Shown here: positions 49,439 through 58,317 of the stretch, piece after piece
Layout of the letters: the number at the start of each line of letters is the position of its first letter
Position numbering within the stretch: position 1 is the stretch's first letter
DNA from: Desulfatiglandales bacterium
Lineage (GTDB): Bacteria; Desulfobacterota; DSM-4660; Desulfatiglandales; Desulfatiglandaceae
NCBI GenBank assembly: GCA_963662465.1
Contig: OY759599.1
Coordinates: forward strand, 3,840,001-3,904,000
DNA length: 64,000 nucleotides
Direction: 5' to 3'
Made by a program: the position numbers and the translations under genes
The notes under the pieces: generated by a model
Told to the model about the DNA's origin: nothing
What the model saw: the letters and a program-made list of their open reading frames with translations, nothing else
Database searches by the model: none

Positions 49439-52339
49439 TTATCTTATGGTTTTGAGGCATGATATGAGTGCCCATTTTTCAAGGACCCCCATGACAATTT
49501 CCCTTTTTATCGGTTTTGCAATATAATCATCCATTCCGCCCTCAAGACACTTTTCCCTGTCTCCTTTCATGGCATGAGCGGTCATTGCGATGATGGGTAC
49601 CCTGTGAATGAATGATGGTTTTCCCTGCTTTGCAGTCGCTTCCCCCATTATGGGTTCATTGAGATTTCGGTTTTGGATTTCAAATTGTCGAATCACTTCA
49701 GTGGCTTCAAAGCCATCCATTTCCGGCATCTGAATGTCCATCAAAACAAGATCGTAATCCTTTGGATTTGCGCAATATATTTCAACGGCTTCCTTTCCAT
49801 TGTTGGCGATATGAATATGATATCCGGCTTTTTTAAGCATCATTTTTGCCAGCTTCTGGTTCACAGGATTATCTTCAACGATCAAAATACGAACGGCATT
49901 TTCCGTCTTACCGGGATGGGGATGTTCCTCGGATTGTTCTTGGCCGGCTGGTTTTTGCGCTTTCAGTTTGCGATGATTCCTTTTTTCAGCCATGTTTTCA
50001 ATGGATTGAAAAACATTGCGTTTACGAATGGGTTTTCTCAGAAAATCGTCGAAACCAGCCTTTTCAAATTCCTGAGGGTTGTTGGCCATTATGGATGACA
50101 TGGCAAGGAGAGGGGTATTGCTGATGGCAATTTGCCTTTCTTTTATCGGTGAGCGGTACATTCGAATTTTTGCGGCAAGTTCAAATCCGTTAATTTGTGG
50201 CGCTGAAATGTCGATAATACAGATGCAAAAAGGCTTTTCGTCACTCAGGCCCTTTTCCAGTGCCGGCAAAACGGCCTCACTCTTATCCAGCGAAACGACT
50301 ACCATGCCAACGGATTGCAGCATATGGGTTAAAATACGAAGACTGTTAGAGTTCCCATCAGCAATCAATGCTTTCTTGCCGGAGAGCGCCATGGAGACGG
50401 ATTTAGGGGGTATTTCTTTTTGTGCTTTTTTAAGCCAGGCGGTGAAATGAAACGTGCTTCCCGTTCCACCGACGGTTGGGCTTGAAGGGGGCTTTCCGGC
50501 GTCTTCTATTTTTTCGGTTCCATTCACATCCGCCCATACGTCGCCATCCATGAGATTGGATATCTTTTTACAGATGGATAGCCCTAAACCGGTACCGCCG
50601 TACTTTCGGGTGGTTGAGCCGTCCGCCTGCTGGAAGGGCTCAAAAATCTTGAGCAGATTTTTATCCCTGATGCCGATGCCGGTATCCCTTATGGTGGCAT
50701 GGAGTTTTACCCGGGTTCCTTCTTCCTTTTCCAGTGCCAGGGATAATTCGATTTCACCCGCTTCAGTGAATTTAGGAGCGTTGTCCATGAGGTTGGTCAA
50801 AACCTGCCTGAATCGTACGGGGTCTCCTCTCACCAGGGTTGGAACATCCTCTTCCATGTGACAGAGCAGCTCTATGGGTTTTGTACCGATTTTGGGACGG
50901 ATAATATCACAAATGTTGAAGATCAGCGATTCCGGATCAAAATCCGTTTCCTCGAAAGTCATTTCGCCCGCTTCGATCTTTGAGAAATCCAGGATGTCGT
51001 TGATCAATGAAAGCAATGCGTCGCTGCTGTTTTTAATCATATTGGCGTAATCAATCTGAGTATGGTTGAGCCGGGTTTCCAACAGCATGTCGCTGAAACC
51101 GATAACGGCGTTCATGGGAGTCCTGATTTCATGGCTCATATTGGCCAGAAATTCACTCTTGGAGATACTGGCCAGCTCCGCTTCTCTGCGGGCATCGATA
51201 AGCTGTTTTTGGGTACCTTCCAGCTTGTCCATCATCAGATTGAAATCGACCCCCATATATTCAACTTCATCAAGATTTTTACCAGCGGCTTTAGCAGGCG
51301 GCATTTTGAGCCTGATGCTCAGGTCTCCTTCTCCTTCGGTTACTTTCCGGAGGGCAGCAATTAACTCTCTTATTTTATTGAATACCCTTAGCTTAAGAAG
51401 GGCAAAGAGGGCAAAAGAGATAACGATGGAGATGAAAAAAGGCGTCAGGTTATTAAAAAGAATCCATTTTCGTTGCGCTAAAAATGGCTTTTTGTTAATG
51501 GCCGCCGCCAGGGCGCCAATGGTCTGCCCCGTGAAGTCGGCGATTCTCTTTTGGAAAACAAAGTAGGGTTGACCCTTAACGGTAAGGCCATCCGAATCCG
51601 GATAGGGGATTTGAGAATCGGCAAAACTGGTCAATACGGTTCTTTTATTCTGATCATAGTACACGACTTCCGCTTCAGCAATGTGGGCCATTCGCTGAGC
51701 CAGGGTTTTATTTCCGTTGATCAGCTTTATCAGCACCACATAGCCGTAAATTGCACCCGTATCATGCAGTAGCGGGATCACGGATTTGAAGCACAGGACC
51801 TCCGATGTTTGGACGTATGTGGCCAATTCCGGCAGGTGGCCTTCCACGATTTGTGCCGGTATGGTCTCTATGCTGACCCTTTTGCGCTGATCGTTGAGGA
51901 GCCTTCCGTAGACCGGCAAATCCTGCCCGCCTTTTGGATAGGACGCCAGCAGGTCTCCGTATTCGTCAAATACAAAGGCCAGATCAATATTGTGAATGGC
52001 GGCAAGAGACTTGAGCATAAACCTTATGGCGGTATGGTTGTCATAATCTATAAAATCACAATACCGTTGACTCTGTTCTTTGACAATTCCCGAGATAACA
52101 TTCAGTTTTTCCAGGGCGTTATTTTGCAGGGCCGAGACAAAATTCAGCTTTGTTTTAAGATCTTCATAATTGTGATGTTTGGCGTATTTGTCTCCCTGGT
52201 AAGTAACATATAAGGTGTTTCCGATGATGGCGGCAATGAGCAAACCGAACAGAAGAAAAATATTTCGAATAACCCTTTTCCTGGGGCGGTTTGAGGGAGG
52301 GGACGCGGCGTTTTGGTTTGTTTGATGCATGAAAATCAA
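49439..52339 (-). CDS. Hybrid sensor histidine kinase (periplasmic sensor, HAMP, HisKA, HATPase, two receivers)
   Basis: FLANMSHEIRTPMN, DTGIGI, GGTGLGL, LMDIQMPEMDG, KP. Confidence 0.95.
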   Translation of the reverse strand: MIFMHQTNQNAASPPSNRPRKRVIRNIFLLFGLLIAAIIGNTLYVTYQGDKYAKHHNYEDLKTKLNFVSALQNNALEKLNVISGIVKEQSQRYCDFIDYDNHTAIRFMLKSLAAIHNIDLAFVFDEYGDLLASYPKGGQDLPVYGRLLNDQRKRVSIETIPAQIVEGHLPELATYVQTSEVLCFKSVIPLLHDTGAIYGYVVLIKLINGNKTLAQRMAHIAEAEVVYYDQNKRTVLTSFADSQIPYPDSDGLTVKGQPYFVFQKRIADFTGQTIGALAAAINKKPFLAQRKWILFNNLTPFFISIVISFALFALLKLRVFNKIRELIAALRKVTEGEGDLSIRLKMPPAKAAGKNLDEVEYMGVDFNLMMDKLEGTQKQLIDARREAELASISKSEFLANMSHEIRTPMNAVIGFSDMLLETRLNHTQIDYANMIKNSSDALLSLINDILDFSKIEAGEMTFEETDFDPESLIFNICDIIRPKIGTKPIELLCHMEEDVPTLVRGDPVRFRQVLTNLMDNAPKFTEAGEIELSLALEKEEGTRVKLHATIRDTGIGIRDKNLLKIFEPFQQADGSTTRKYGGTGLGLSICKKISNLMDGDVWADVNGTEKIEDAGKPPSSPTVGGTGSTFHFTAWLKKAQKEIPPKSVSMALSGKKALIADGNSNSLRILTHMLQSVGMVVVSLDKSEAVLPALEKGLSDEKPFCICIIDISAPQINGFELAAKIRMYRSPIKERQIAISNTPLLAMSSIMANNPQEFEKAGFDDFLRKPIRKRNVFQSIENMAEKRNHRKLKAQKPAGQEQSEEHPHPGKTENAVRILIVEDNPVNQKLAKMMLKKAGYHIHIANNGKEAVEIYCANPKDYDLVLMDIQMPEMDGFEATEVIRQFEIQNRNLNEPIMGEATAKQGKPSFIHRVPIIAMTAHAMKGDREKCLEGGMDDYIAKPIKREIVMGVLEKWALISCLKTIR

Positions 52340-52364
52340 TTATGCCTCAATCAAAAAGGAGTTT

Positions 52365-53162
52365 TCAGTGATGGGCTTTTTCATCACGGGACGCTAACGG
52401 CATGATCTTTGTAATGGGCTTTCGCTCTTCAACGGGTAATTTCTCGCTTTCCCAACGTTCGATGCCGCCTTTCAAAACGCCCAATATGGCGTATCCCTTG
52501 GCAATGAGGAATTTCGCGGCCACGGGGGATTGTTTCATGGCCCAATCCGTAACCACAATCGGTCGGTCTCTGGGAATTTCCGGGTATCGCGTCGCCAAAA
52601 AAACCAGGGGACATAAAACGCTTCCCTTGATGAAAGAGGTATTTCGGGTGAAATTTAGAGGTCGGACATCAAGGATATATAAAATTTCAGCGTTCATGCG
52701 TTTTGCAAGGTCTTCAGGGGAAATTTTTTTGACCTTTATCTTTTGCCAGTCGTGGTTGATAAACATCGGATAATTAAACTTGCGCCATTCCGGTATGCCT
52801 CCCACAAAGGCATATGTTTTGGTGTATCCTTTTTCGGTCGCAATCCTTGCAGCCCGAACTGAGTAGGGTCACCTTCTCCCCATACAATAGAAAACCAGTG
52901 GTGTATTTTTATCCCGGGGCAGCGCGTTTGTGGTTTTCATATCAATGATCGGGATGTTGATGGAGCCGGGGATATGCTGCATTTCATATTCGGTTCCGGA
53001 TAATACGTGAATAACCACCGCCTGGCCGGCTTCAAGCATGTTTTTGACTTCAGGAGCGGAGATTTCCTTGATGGTTCCCGACTCCGCTTTCGCGGAAATC
53101 GCCATGGCGTTCAAAAAAAATACGACCAGCAGTAACAGGGTTCTTTGAACCGGTTTTTTCAT
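52365..53162 (-). CDS. Exported tandem rhodanese-domain protein with in-frame UGA, probable selenoprotein
   Basis: ORFs 52869-53162 and 52365-52805 are in frame and joined by 21 sense codons: FYCMGRR-UGA-PYSVRAA...GY...GGIPEW. A SECIS-like hairpin follows the UGA. Confidence 0.8.
52833..52858 (-). promoter_or_regulatory. Putative bacterial SECIS element
   Basis: UUCGG-GCU-GCAA-GGA-UUGC-GA-CCGAA stem-loop with G-containing apical loop, starting 11 nt after the UGA. Confidence 0.65.
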
Positions 53163-53229
53163 GGTCCATGCCTCTATTGTTTTTAAATAAATCGCCCTAT
53201 TTTCTCAAATTCCTGGGAAAGTTGCAACG

Positions 53230-54393
53230 TTAATACCTTTCCAGGCAGTTTCGGCAAACTGCCATGGTTGCAATGGAGATGCAATTGAGGGAAAATTCAA
53301 TCATGTTTTTGAGTGTATTGCTGAGTTGATCATATTCGCTTTGCAGCGCTTCCGGGTCCAGGGGGGTGGATTTCAGTTCGGTTGAAAAGAGAACGGATGC
53401 GGAAAAAGGCTCATGTCCCATCTCAAGAAAGGGAAGCGGACCGAAAAAATCATCCGGGCCCAAGTTGATGAGGGGAAAAGGACGATTTTTTATATCTTGA
53501 ACAATGGTGGCATTCCCTTTTGAGATCAGGAAAGGGGTTTCAATCCTTTTTCCTGTTGTGGCTTGTTTTGTCGGACTGGAAAAAGTGTTTTTACCCACAT
53601 TAATTCCGGAGTGAATTTCCGAGAGCCTTTCGGTTATTTCCCTGAAGCGATGGTCGAGACTTAACAGAACGCTCCTGAACTCATCGGAAAGGCTGGAATA
53701 TTCCGCATAAAGGGGCTCAAGATCGAGAACCCCCAGACGTATGGTTTCGGTTGCTGTGAATGTGGCGATTCGACGGCGGCCCATAGCCATCATGGATGAG
53801 ATATTGCCGATAAAAGCGCCTTGCCCCACCCTTAAAATCTTTGTGGGTCCGGCAATGGTCTTTTTTGACATTTCCGCCATCCCATGAAGGACCATCCAGA
53901 TCCAATTACCGAATTCTCCTTCTTCAATGATGCTTGTTCCCTCGGGGAACTCTTCTTCCTCCACCATAAAGGCATAATGGGTGATGGGTTTCTTGAGTAA
54001 CGGAAGTCTCGATAGAGGGTCCATCCGGCCCGGGCGGTTTTTTGCCTCAGATCCCGGTCCCAGCCTTTTGATGATGCCTTCATCCAGCATGCGGAGACCG
54101 TCAAGGACGATCTCCATTTGTCCCCTGCGGATGGTTTTTTGACTGTCAACCTTTTCCTGGCTGAATTCAAATCGGCCCGTTGTCCAACCAAACAAAGCAT
54201 AGAGGGCTTCGATACCTTTCAGCAAACCATAAACCGCATGTATGGGATTGCCCATCAAGAAAACGACGGAAGCCGGCATCTGAGCGTGAGGGTTTGTCAA
54301 TCTCAGGACTCCCGTACTGTTATTTGTTGCAATCAACTGCAGCAAATCCGGGATGCCAAGGAAGCGAAGGTTACCCGAAAAAACCACATTCAT
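53230..54393 (-). CDS. DUF4388 + cyclic-nucleotide-binding domain protein
   Basis: FSGNL..LGIPDLLQL......TGVL...G.EALY.LF.W..GRFEF; II.EG..GNW.W.V..G (cNMP-like). Confidence 0.8.
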   Translation of the reverse strand: MNVVFSGNLRFLGIPDLLQLIATNNSTGVLRLTNPHAQMPASVVFLMGNPIHAVYGLLKGIEALYALFGWTTGRFEFSQEKVDSQKTIRRGQMEIVLDGLRMLDEGIIKRLGPGSEAKNRPGRMDPLSRLPLLKKPITHYAFMVEEEEFPEGTSIIEEGEFGNWIWMVLHGMAEMSKKTIAGPTKILRVGQGAFIGNISSMMAMGRRRIATFTATETIRLGVLDLEPLYAEYSSLSDEFRSVLLSLDHRFREITERLSEIHSGINVGKNTFSSPTKQATTGKRIETPFLISKGNATIVQDIKNRPFPLINLGPDDFFGPLPFLEMGHEPFSASVLFSTELKSTPLDPEALQSEYDQLSNTLKNMIEFSLNCISIATMAVCRNCLERY

Positions 54394-54481
54394 ATTTATC
54401 TCCGATCCTTACCTTCCACACTTCAAATAAAAATATTTTAACATAATATTTTCGTTAATTCTACCGCTTGGAAGAAACTCC

Positions 54482-54585
54482 CAGGGCAAATTTGTTCTAT
54501 TTGTAAACCTTTGATATCAAAACCTTATGAAGGACACATCAATTCAAACAAATCAATGGATTAGCGTTAGAACAAATTCACCGTG
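54482..54585. mobile_element. 104-bp MITE, second copy (inverted relative to 14671-14774)
   Basis: Perfect 10-bp TSD AAGAAACTCC at 54472-54481 and 54586-54595. Confidence 0.92.
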
Positions 54586-54616
54586 AAGAAACTCCAGTTT
54601 GAAGGAGTTGAAACAA

Positions 54617-54660
54617 TAAAAAAACCCCAATTCAAAGGTCCAATCTTTGAATTGGGGTTC
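54617..54660 (-). terminator. Intrinsic terminator of a PEP-CTERM gene
   Basis: AACCCCAATTCAAAG-loop-CTTTGAATTGGGGTT followed by a U-tract on the minus strand. Confidence 0.75.
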
Positions 54661-54675
54661 AGGAGATGAATTTTG

Positions 54676-55500
54676 TCAATTTCCAGATTTCCTGATTTTT
54701 TTTCGAAAACCGAAAAATCCTAAAAGCCCTGAACCCAGTAAAAAGAGGGTCGCTGGTTCAGGGACTGCAGCGGATGTGTTGCCGCCGCCGGTTACGACAT
54801 CATTCCCACATTCCTCTGAAGACCAGAGATTAAAATTCGTATTAGACCCGAGAAAAGCGAGGTTTACAATTGCTGCATTGTGAGAACCTCCCGTCAAACC
54901 GCCTCCCATTTGACTGTCACTCTGATTACTGAGGTAGTTCAAAGCAATGTTGTCAAAACCTGTGACCACTGTCCCGCCGCCCGCATAGGTCCACGCCTGC
55001 CCCTGCGTCCCTCCTGCGGGGCCGTCATAGGTTGTATTAAATGTGATTGATCCACCGGTATTCTCATATGCTGTGTAGGTGCTATTGTTTTCCTCGTTAT
55101 CTTCGCCGGGGTTGGATATATCGAAGTTTAAATCCAACACATATTCATAGTAATCATTACTCATATCCGTATCTATGAATATGTCTCCCGGATCGACCCA
55201 AAGCTCTCCCTCAGCAAAATCAAATCCACCCACCATTGCCAGCGAGTTCATTACCACTCCGCTTTCCGTACCGTCGGCAAAAAAGAAGCCTTCCATATCC
55301 CAGATCTGGCCCGTGGCAGCGCCCGGTTCAACTTCTTGATCTTCGTTTTCTGTATTCCACCAGGTATTACCGCTTCTTTCGAACCCATCATAGGTGGTAA
55401 TGTTTTCCCAACCTGTGTCAAGATATCCTGCGTTGACGTTGGAGATCAAGAAAAACAATCCAAAAACGGCAGCTGTGATAATCAATATTTTCAGTTTCAT
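54676..55500 (-). CDS. PEP-CTERM sorting domain protein
   Basis: Signal peptide ending VNA; EECGNDV; VPEPATLFLLGSGLLGFFGFRKK. Confidence 0.9.
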   Translation of the reverse strand: MKLKILIITAAVFGLFFLISNVNAGYLDTGWENITTYDGFERSGNTWWNTENEDQEVEPGAATGQIWDMEGFFFADGTESGVVMNSLAMVGGFDFAEGELWVDPGDIFIDTDMSNDYYEYVLDLNFDISNPGEDNEENNSTYTAYENTGGSITFNTTYDGPAGGTQGQAWTYAGGGTVVTGFDNIALNYLSNQSDSQMGGGLTGGSHNAAIVNLAFLGSNTNFNLWSSEECGNDVVTGGGNTSAAVPEPATLFLLGSGLLGFFGFRKKIRKSGN

Positions 55501-55599
55501 TTTGCTTGCCCCTTTCATTCTGACCATCCAGTAACCTATAAGATTGAGATGAAGATTAACAAAAATCTTCTAACCTTTTACAATAAAGCGATTTAAAAA

Positions 55600-55613
55600 G
55601 CAATATCCGCGCC
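55600..55613 (-). promoter_or_regulatory. Sigma-54 promoter
   Basis: Minus strand GGCGCGGATATTGC = GG-N10-GC. Confidence 0.65.
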
Positions 55614-55629
55614 GAAAATTCCCTTTCCA

Positions 55630-56283
55630 CTATTCCTTCGGGTTCGGGATGGATTTCCGGAACTTTTTTCTATAACCGAACAGTCCTAGCAGACCGGAAC
55701 CCAGCAGAAAGATGGTCACCGGTTCGGGGACTTGCGCGCCGCCTCCGTAGGTGGGATAGATTTTTGCGCTCCCTCCACCTGTGAGTCCCTGAAATCGAAC
55801 TACTGCAAAGTCTTGGTCCTTTACGAAATCCTCACTGGTAAAGTTGGCGCTTGCGTTAGTGCTGATTCCAAAGGTAAATGTAGCAGTTTCTCCAGCGGCA
55901 ATACCTTTACTGACCGTACCGCCCCAGAGGTTTTTATCTGTTCCCGCACCGCCGTCAAATCCTTTTAGATTTTTTTCATCAGTGATTTCGTCAAAGTCGG
56001 TATCACCTGAACTCACATACTTAAATGAATCGACTTCCATCCATTCGCCTTCTCCCAACAGCGGGAAAAGAAAGCCTAGGGCGGTAATAGTCCCTATGCC
56101 ATCGGTGGTTGTATTCGTAAGAGATATAATTAAGTCGTTATTATCAAAATTTAAAGTTCCCGCGAAACTCGCAAGACTATCAGGATCGCTCCCTGAAATA
56201 TCAATGTAAGTTCCAAAACTGATTCCGCCAAGAGATATGCTCATGTAAAAAGCAAAAACCACCATTAGTCCTTTAAGTTTCAT
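55630..56283 (-). CDS. PEP-CTERM sorting domain protein
   Basis: Signal peptide; VRFQG..GG.S.K; VPEPVTIFLLGSGLLGLFGYRKK. Confidence 0.9.
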   Translation of the reverse strand: MKLKGLMVVFAFYMSISLGGISFGTYIDISGSDPDSLASFAGTLNFDNNDLIISLTNTTTDGIGTITALGFLFPLLGEGEWMEVDSFKYVSSGDTDFDEITDEKNLKGFDGGAGTDKNLWGGTVSKGIAAGETATFTFGISTNASANFTSEDFVKDQDFAVVRFQGLTGGGSAKIYPTYGGGAQVPEPVTIFLLGSGLLGLFGYRKKFRKSIPNPKE

Positions 56284-56322
56284 TTTTTGTACCCCCGTTT
56301 TAACAGAATGATTTTAATTTAT

Positions 56323-56336
56323 GCAAAATTTATACC
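56323..56336 (-). promoter_or_regulatory. Sigma-54 promoter
   Basis: Minus strand GGTATAAATTTTGC = GG-N10-GC. Confidence 0.6.
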
Positions 56337-56520
56337 TAAAAAAGACAGAGGCCGGACCTCAGGCGTATTTAAAGTGTAACGTTCTGTATCTATGGAATAA
56401 ATTTTTAAAAAAAGCAGCTATGCCGGAAATGAGTTGAAATGACGAGAACAAAAAAAATGATTTCATTATGAAACGTTTTGGAAAAAAATGTTCTCAAAAA
56501 GAGACGGATGTCCTATTTTG

Positions 56521-57435
56521 TCACAAGTCCTTTTCTCTGAACCTTCGATACATCCTCAAAGGAAAAATCAGTCCAAAAAAGGGAACCATATACATGGCGG
56601 CCAGCGTAGGTTCCAGGGGACCAAAGAATTCCGAAGCAAAAACCAGTACCAGCACATTGTTAATGTTACCGATACTGATGACGGAAGCCAGTTGATTTTC
56701 AACCGGTGCTCTAGGAAATACCACCAGCCCCGCAACCAGGTATATGCCGCCAAGGGCAACGGCAGCCAGCGTTGCCTCAATGATGATGGCGGGGTGTTTG
56801 TGAAAGAAAACGCTGTATTTTGAAAAAACCGCCAGATTGATGGACGCGAAGACCGCCAGGGAGATGGGATAGCGGCGTTTCATGATGCCGTTTATCAGCT
56901 TTGGCGAAAGACGTTTCAGTGTTTCCACGACAATAACCGGCACAACAATGACCAGAAGCAGCATGCGCATCATGGTCAGCAGTGAAATGCTCATTTCCTG
57001 TTCAAGAAGAATCTTCACAAGGGTCGGCAGCGTAAAGGGAACCACAAAGGAGGAAATAACCACAATCACCAAAACCAGAGGCCCGTTGGCGCCCACCAGA
57101 CCGGAAATGAACGGCGCTACAACGCCGGTGGAAACACCGGTCAGCAGGAGGGCGCCAATGGCATAAGCGGGGGCGAATTGTAGAAAAAGAAAATATACCA
57201 ATACTGGAAGCAGAATCATCTTGAAACAGGTCAGCCACAGAACCGTGGGGCCGTTGTCCCGAATGAGATGCCAGATGGAACCGAATTCAATGGGCAGAAA
57301 GCTTAAAAAGAGGAGGAACATCATCAAGTACAAGGGGTACGGTTGAAATATTGCCATGGGTTCCGGAAACAGGATGCCCACCAGCATGGAAGAGAAGATA
57401 ACCAACAGCAGTATAAGATCGTTCAGTCGGAACAT
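56521..57435 (-). CDS. Bile acid:sodium symporter family transporter
   Basis: About 10 TM helices; KMILLP, GVSTGVVAP, G.N..L, NINNVL. Confidence 0.75.
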   Translation of the reverse strand: MFRLNDLILLLVIFSSMLVGILFPEPMAIFQPYPLYLMMFLLFLSFLPIEFGSIWHLIRDNGPTVLWLTCFKMILLPVLVYFLFLQFAPAYAIGALLLTGVSTGVVAPFISGLVGANGPLVLVIVVISSFVVPFTLPTLVKILLEQEMSISLLTMMRMLLLVIVVPVIVVETLKRLSPKLINGIMKRRYPISLAVFASINLAVFSKYSVFFHKHPAIIIEATLAAVALGGIYLVAGLVVFPRAPVENQLASVISIGNINNVLVLVFASEFFGPLEPTLAAMYMVPFFGLIFPLRMYRRFREKDL

Positions 57436-57466
57436 GGATTACCTTGAGGCGATTAAAAAAGACCCG

Positions 57467-58309
57467 CTATTCGCGTTCCACTAAAATAATGGCCTTCCCG
57501 GATAGACCCGCCAGAACAGGGTTTGTTGAATGAGATTGATTCGAGAGTCGAGGGAGCGTTGTTCGAATGATCCTTAGCCCCGGTACGCTTGTCTCGGCTG
57601 CCGCTGAAAGATTCGGATCACCGGAGGGTTGAATATCCTTGCCGTCAAAAAAATCCGCGGCATGATTCATGATTTGCCGGTCCAGAGTGAGCAATGTTGC
57701 CTTCTTCCCAACTTGGCTCCCAAAAAGGCCGAACCACGCTTCAAATATCAGGTTGAGATGATGATCCGTGATGTAAGGATAGGCGGTGGAAAGAGGAAGG
57801 TCTTCAAAAATATCGGGAACCGGGTCTCCGCCTTCCATTGCCTCTGCCAGAGGGGATTTGGTTTTTGTTATCCGGTGCAGCATGGCCTCGGCGGATTTAC
57901 GATCCTCTTCCAGACTTCCGGCAAGGTGAAGCATCAGATGCCATTTCAGGGTGTTTTTCCGAGCGGAATCGACCGCATCTTTTTGGGCATCGCGGATGGC
58001 TTTTCTGATGGCCCATGTTTCATCCCCTGTTTCGCCCCCTGAAAAAGCGACCGGATGGGCTTCGCCACGGTTTTCCATCATCCACCCTTGATACTCGGAA
58101 AGCAGCACCTTGAAATCCCCCGGAGGTTTCAGGGTTTCAGGGGGAAAACAGACATTTAACGCTCCCTGCTCAAAGGGGCTTGACAGGACCGGCGGTTCCG
58201 TGAACCAGGGTTTAAAGAGGGTCAGGGAACCGAATGTTTCAATCAGGCGTTTAAGAATCCCTTCCTCAATATTAGAGTGGGGAAACAGGACTATGGGTGT
58301 ATCGGTCAA
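57467..58309 (-). CDS. Hypothetical protein
   Basis: 280-aa ORF lying tightly between co-oriented genes; no motif recognised. Confidence 0.55.
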   Translation of the reverse strand: MTDTPIVLFPHSNIEEGILKRLIETFGSLTLFKPWFTEPPVLSSPFEQGALNVCFPPETLKPPGDFKVLLSEYQGWMMENRGEAHPVAFSGGETGDETWAIRKAIRDAQKDAVDSARKNTLKWHLMLHLAGSLEEDRKSAEAMLHRITKTKSPLAEAMEGGDPVPDIFEDLPLSTAYPYITDHHLNLIFEAWFGLFGSQVGKKATLLTLDRQIMNHAADFFDGKDIQPSGDPNLSAAAETSVPGLRIIRTTLPRLSNQSHSTNPVLAGLSGKAIILVERE

Positions 58310-58317
58310 TGGATTTG

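Noticed and set aside
52365..53162. Rhodanese pseudogene or two separate genes
   Set aside because: The stop is UGA at a Cys-equivalent position with a downstream hairpin and a preserved frame, so Sec readthrough is the simpler explanation.
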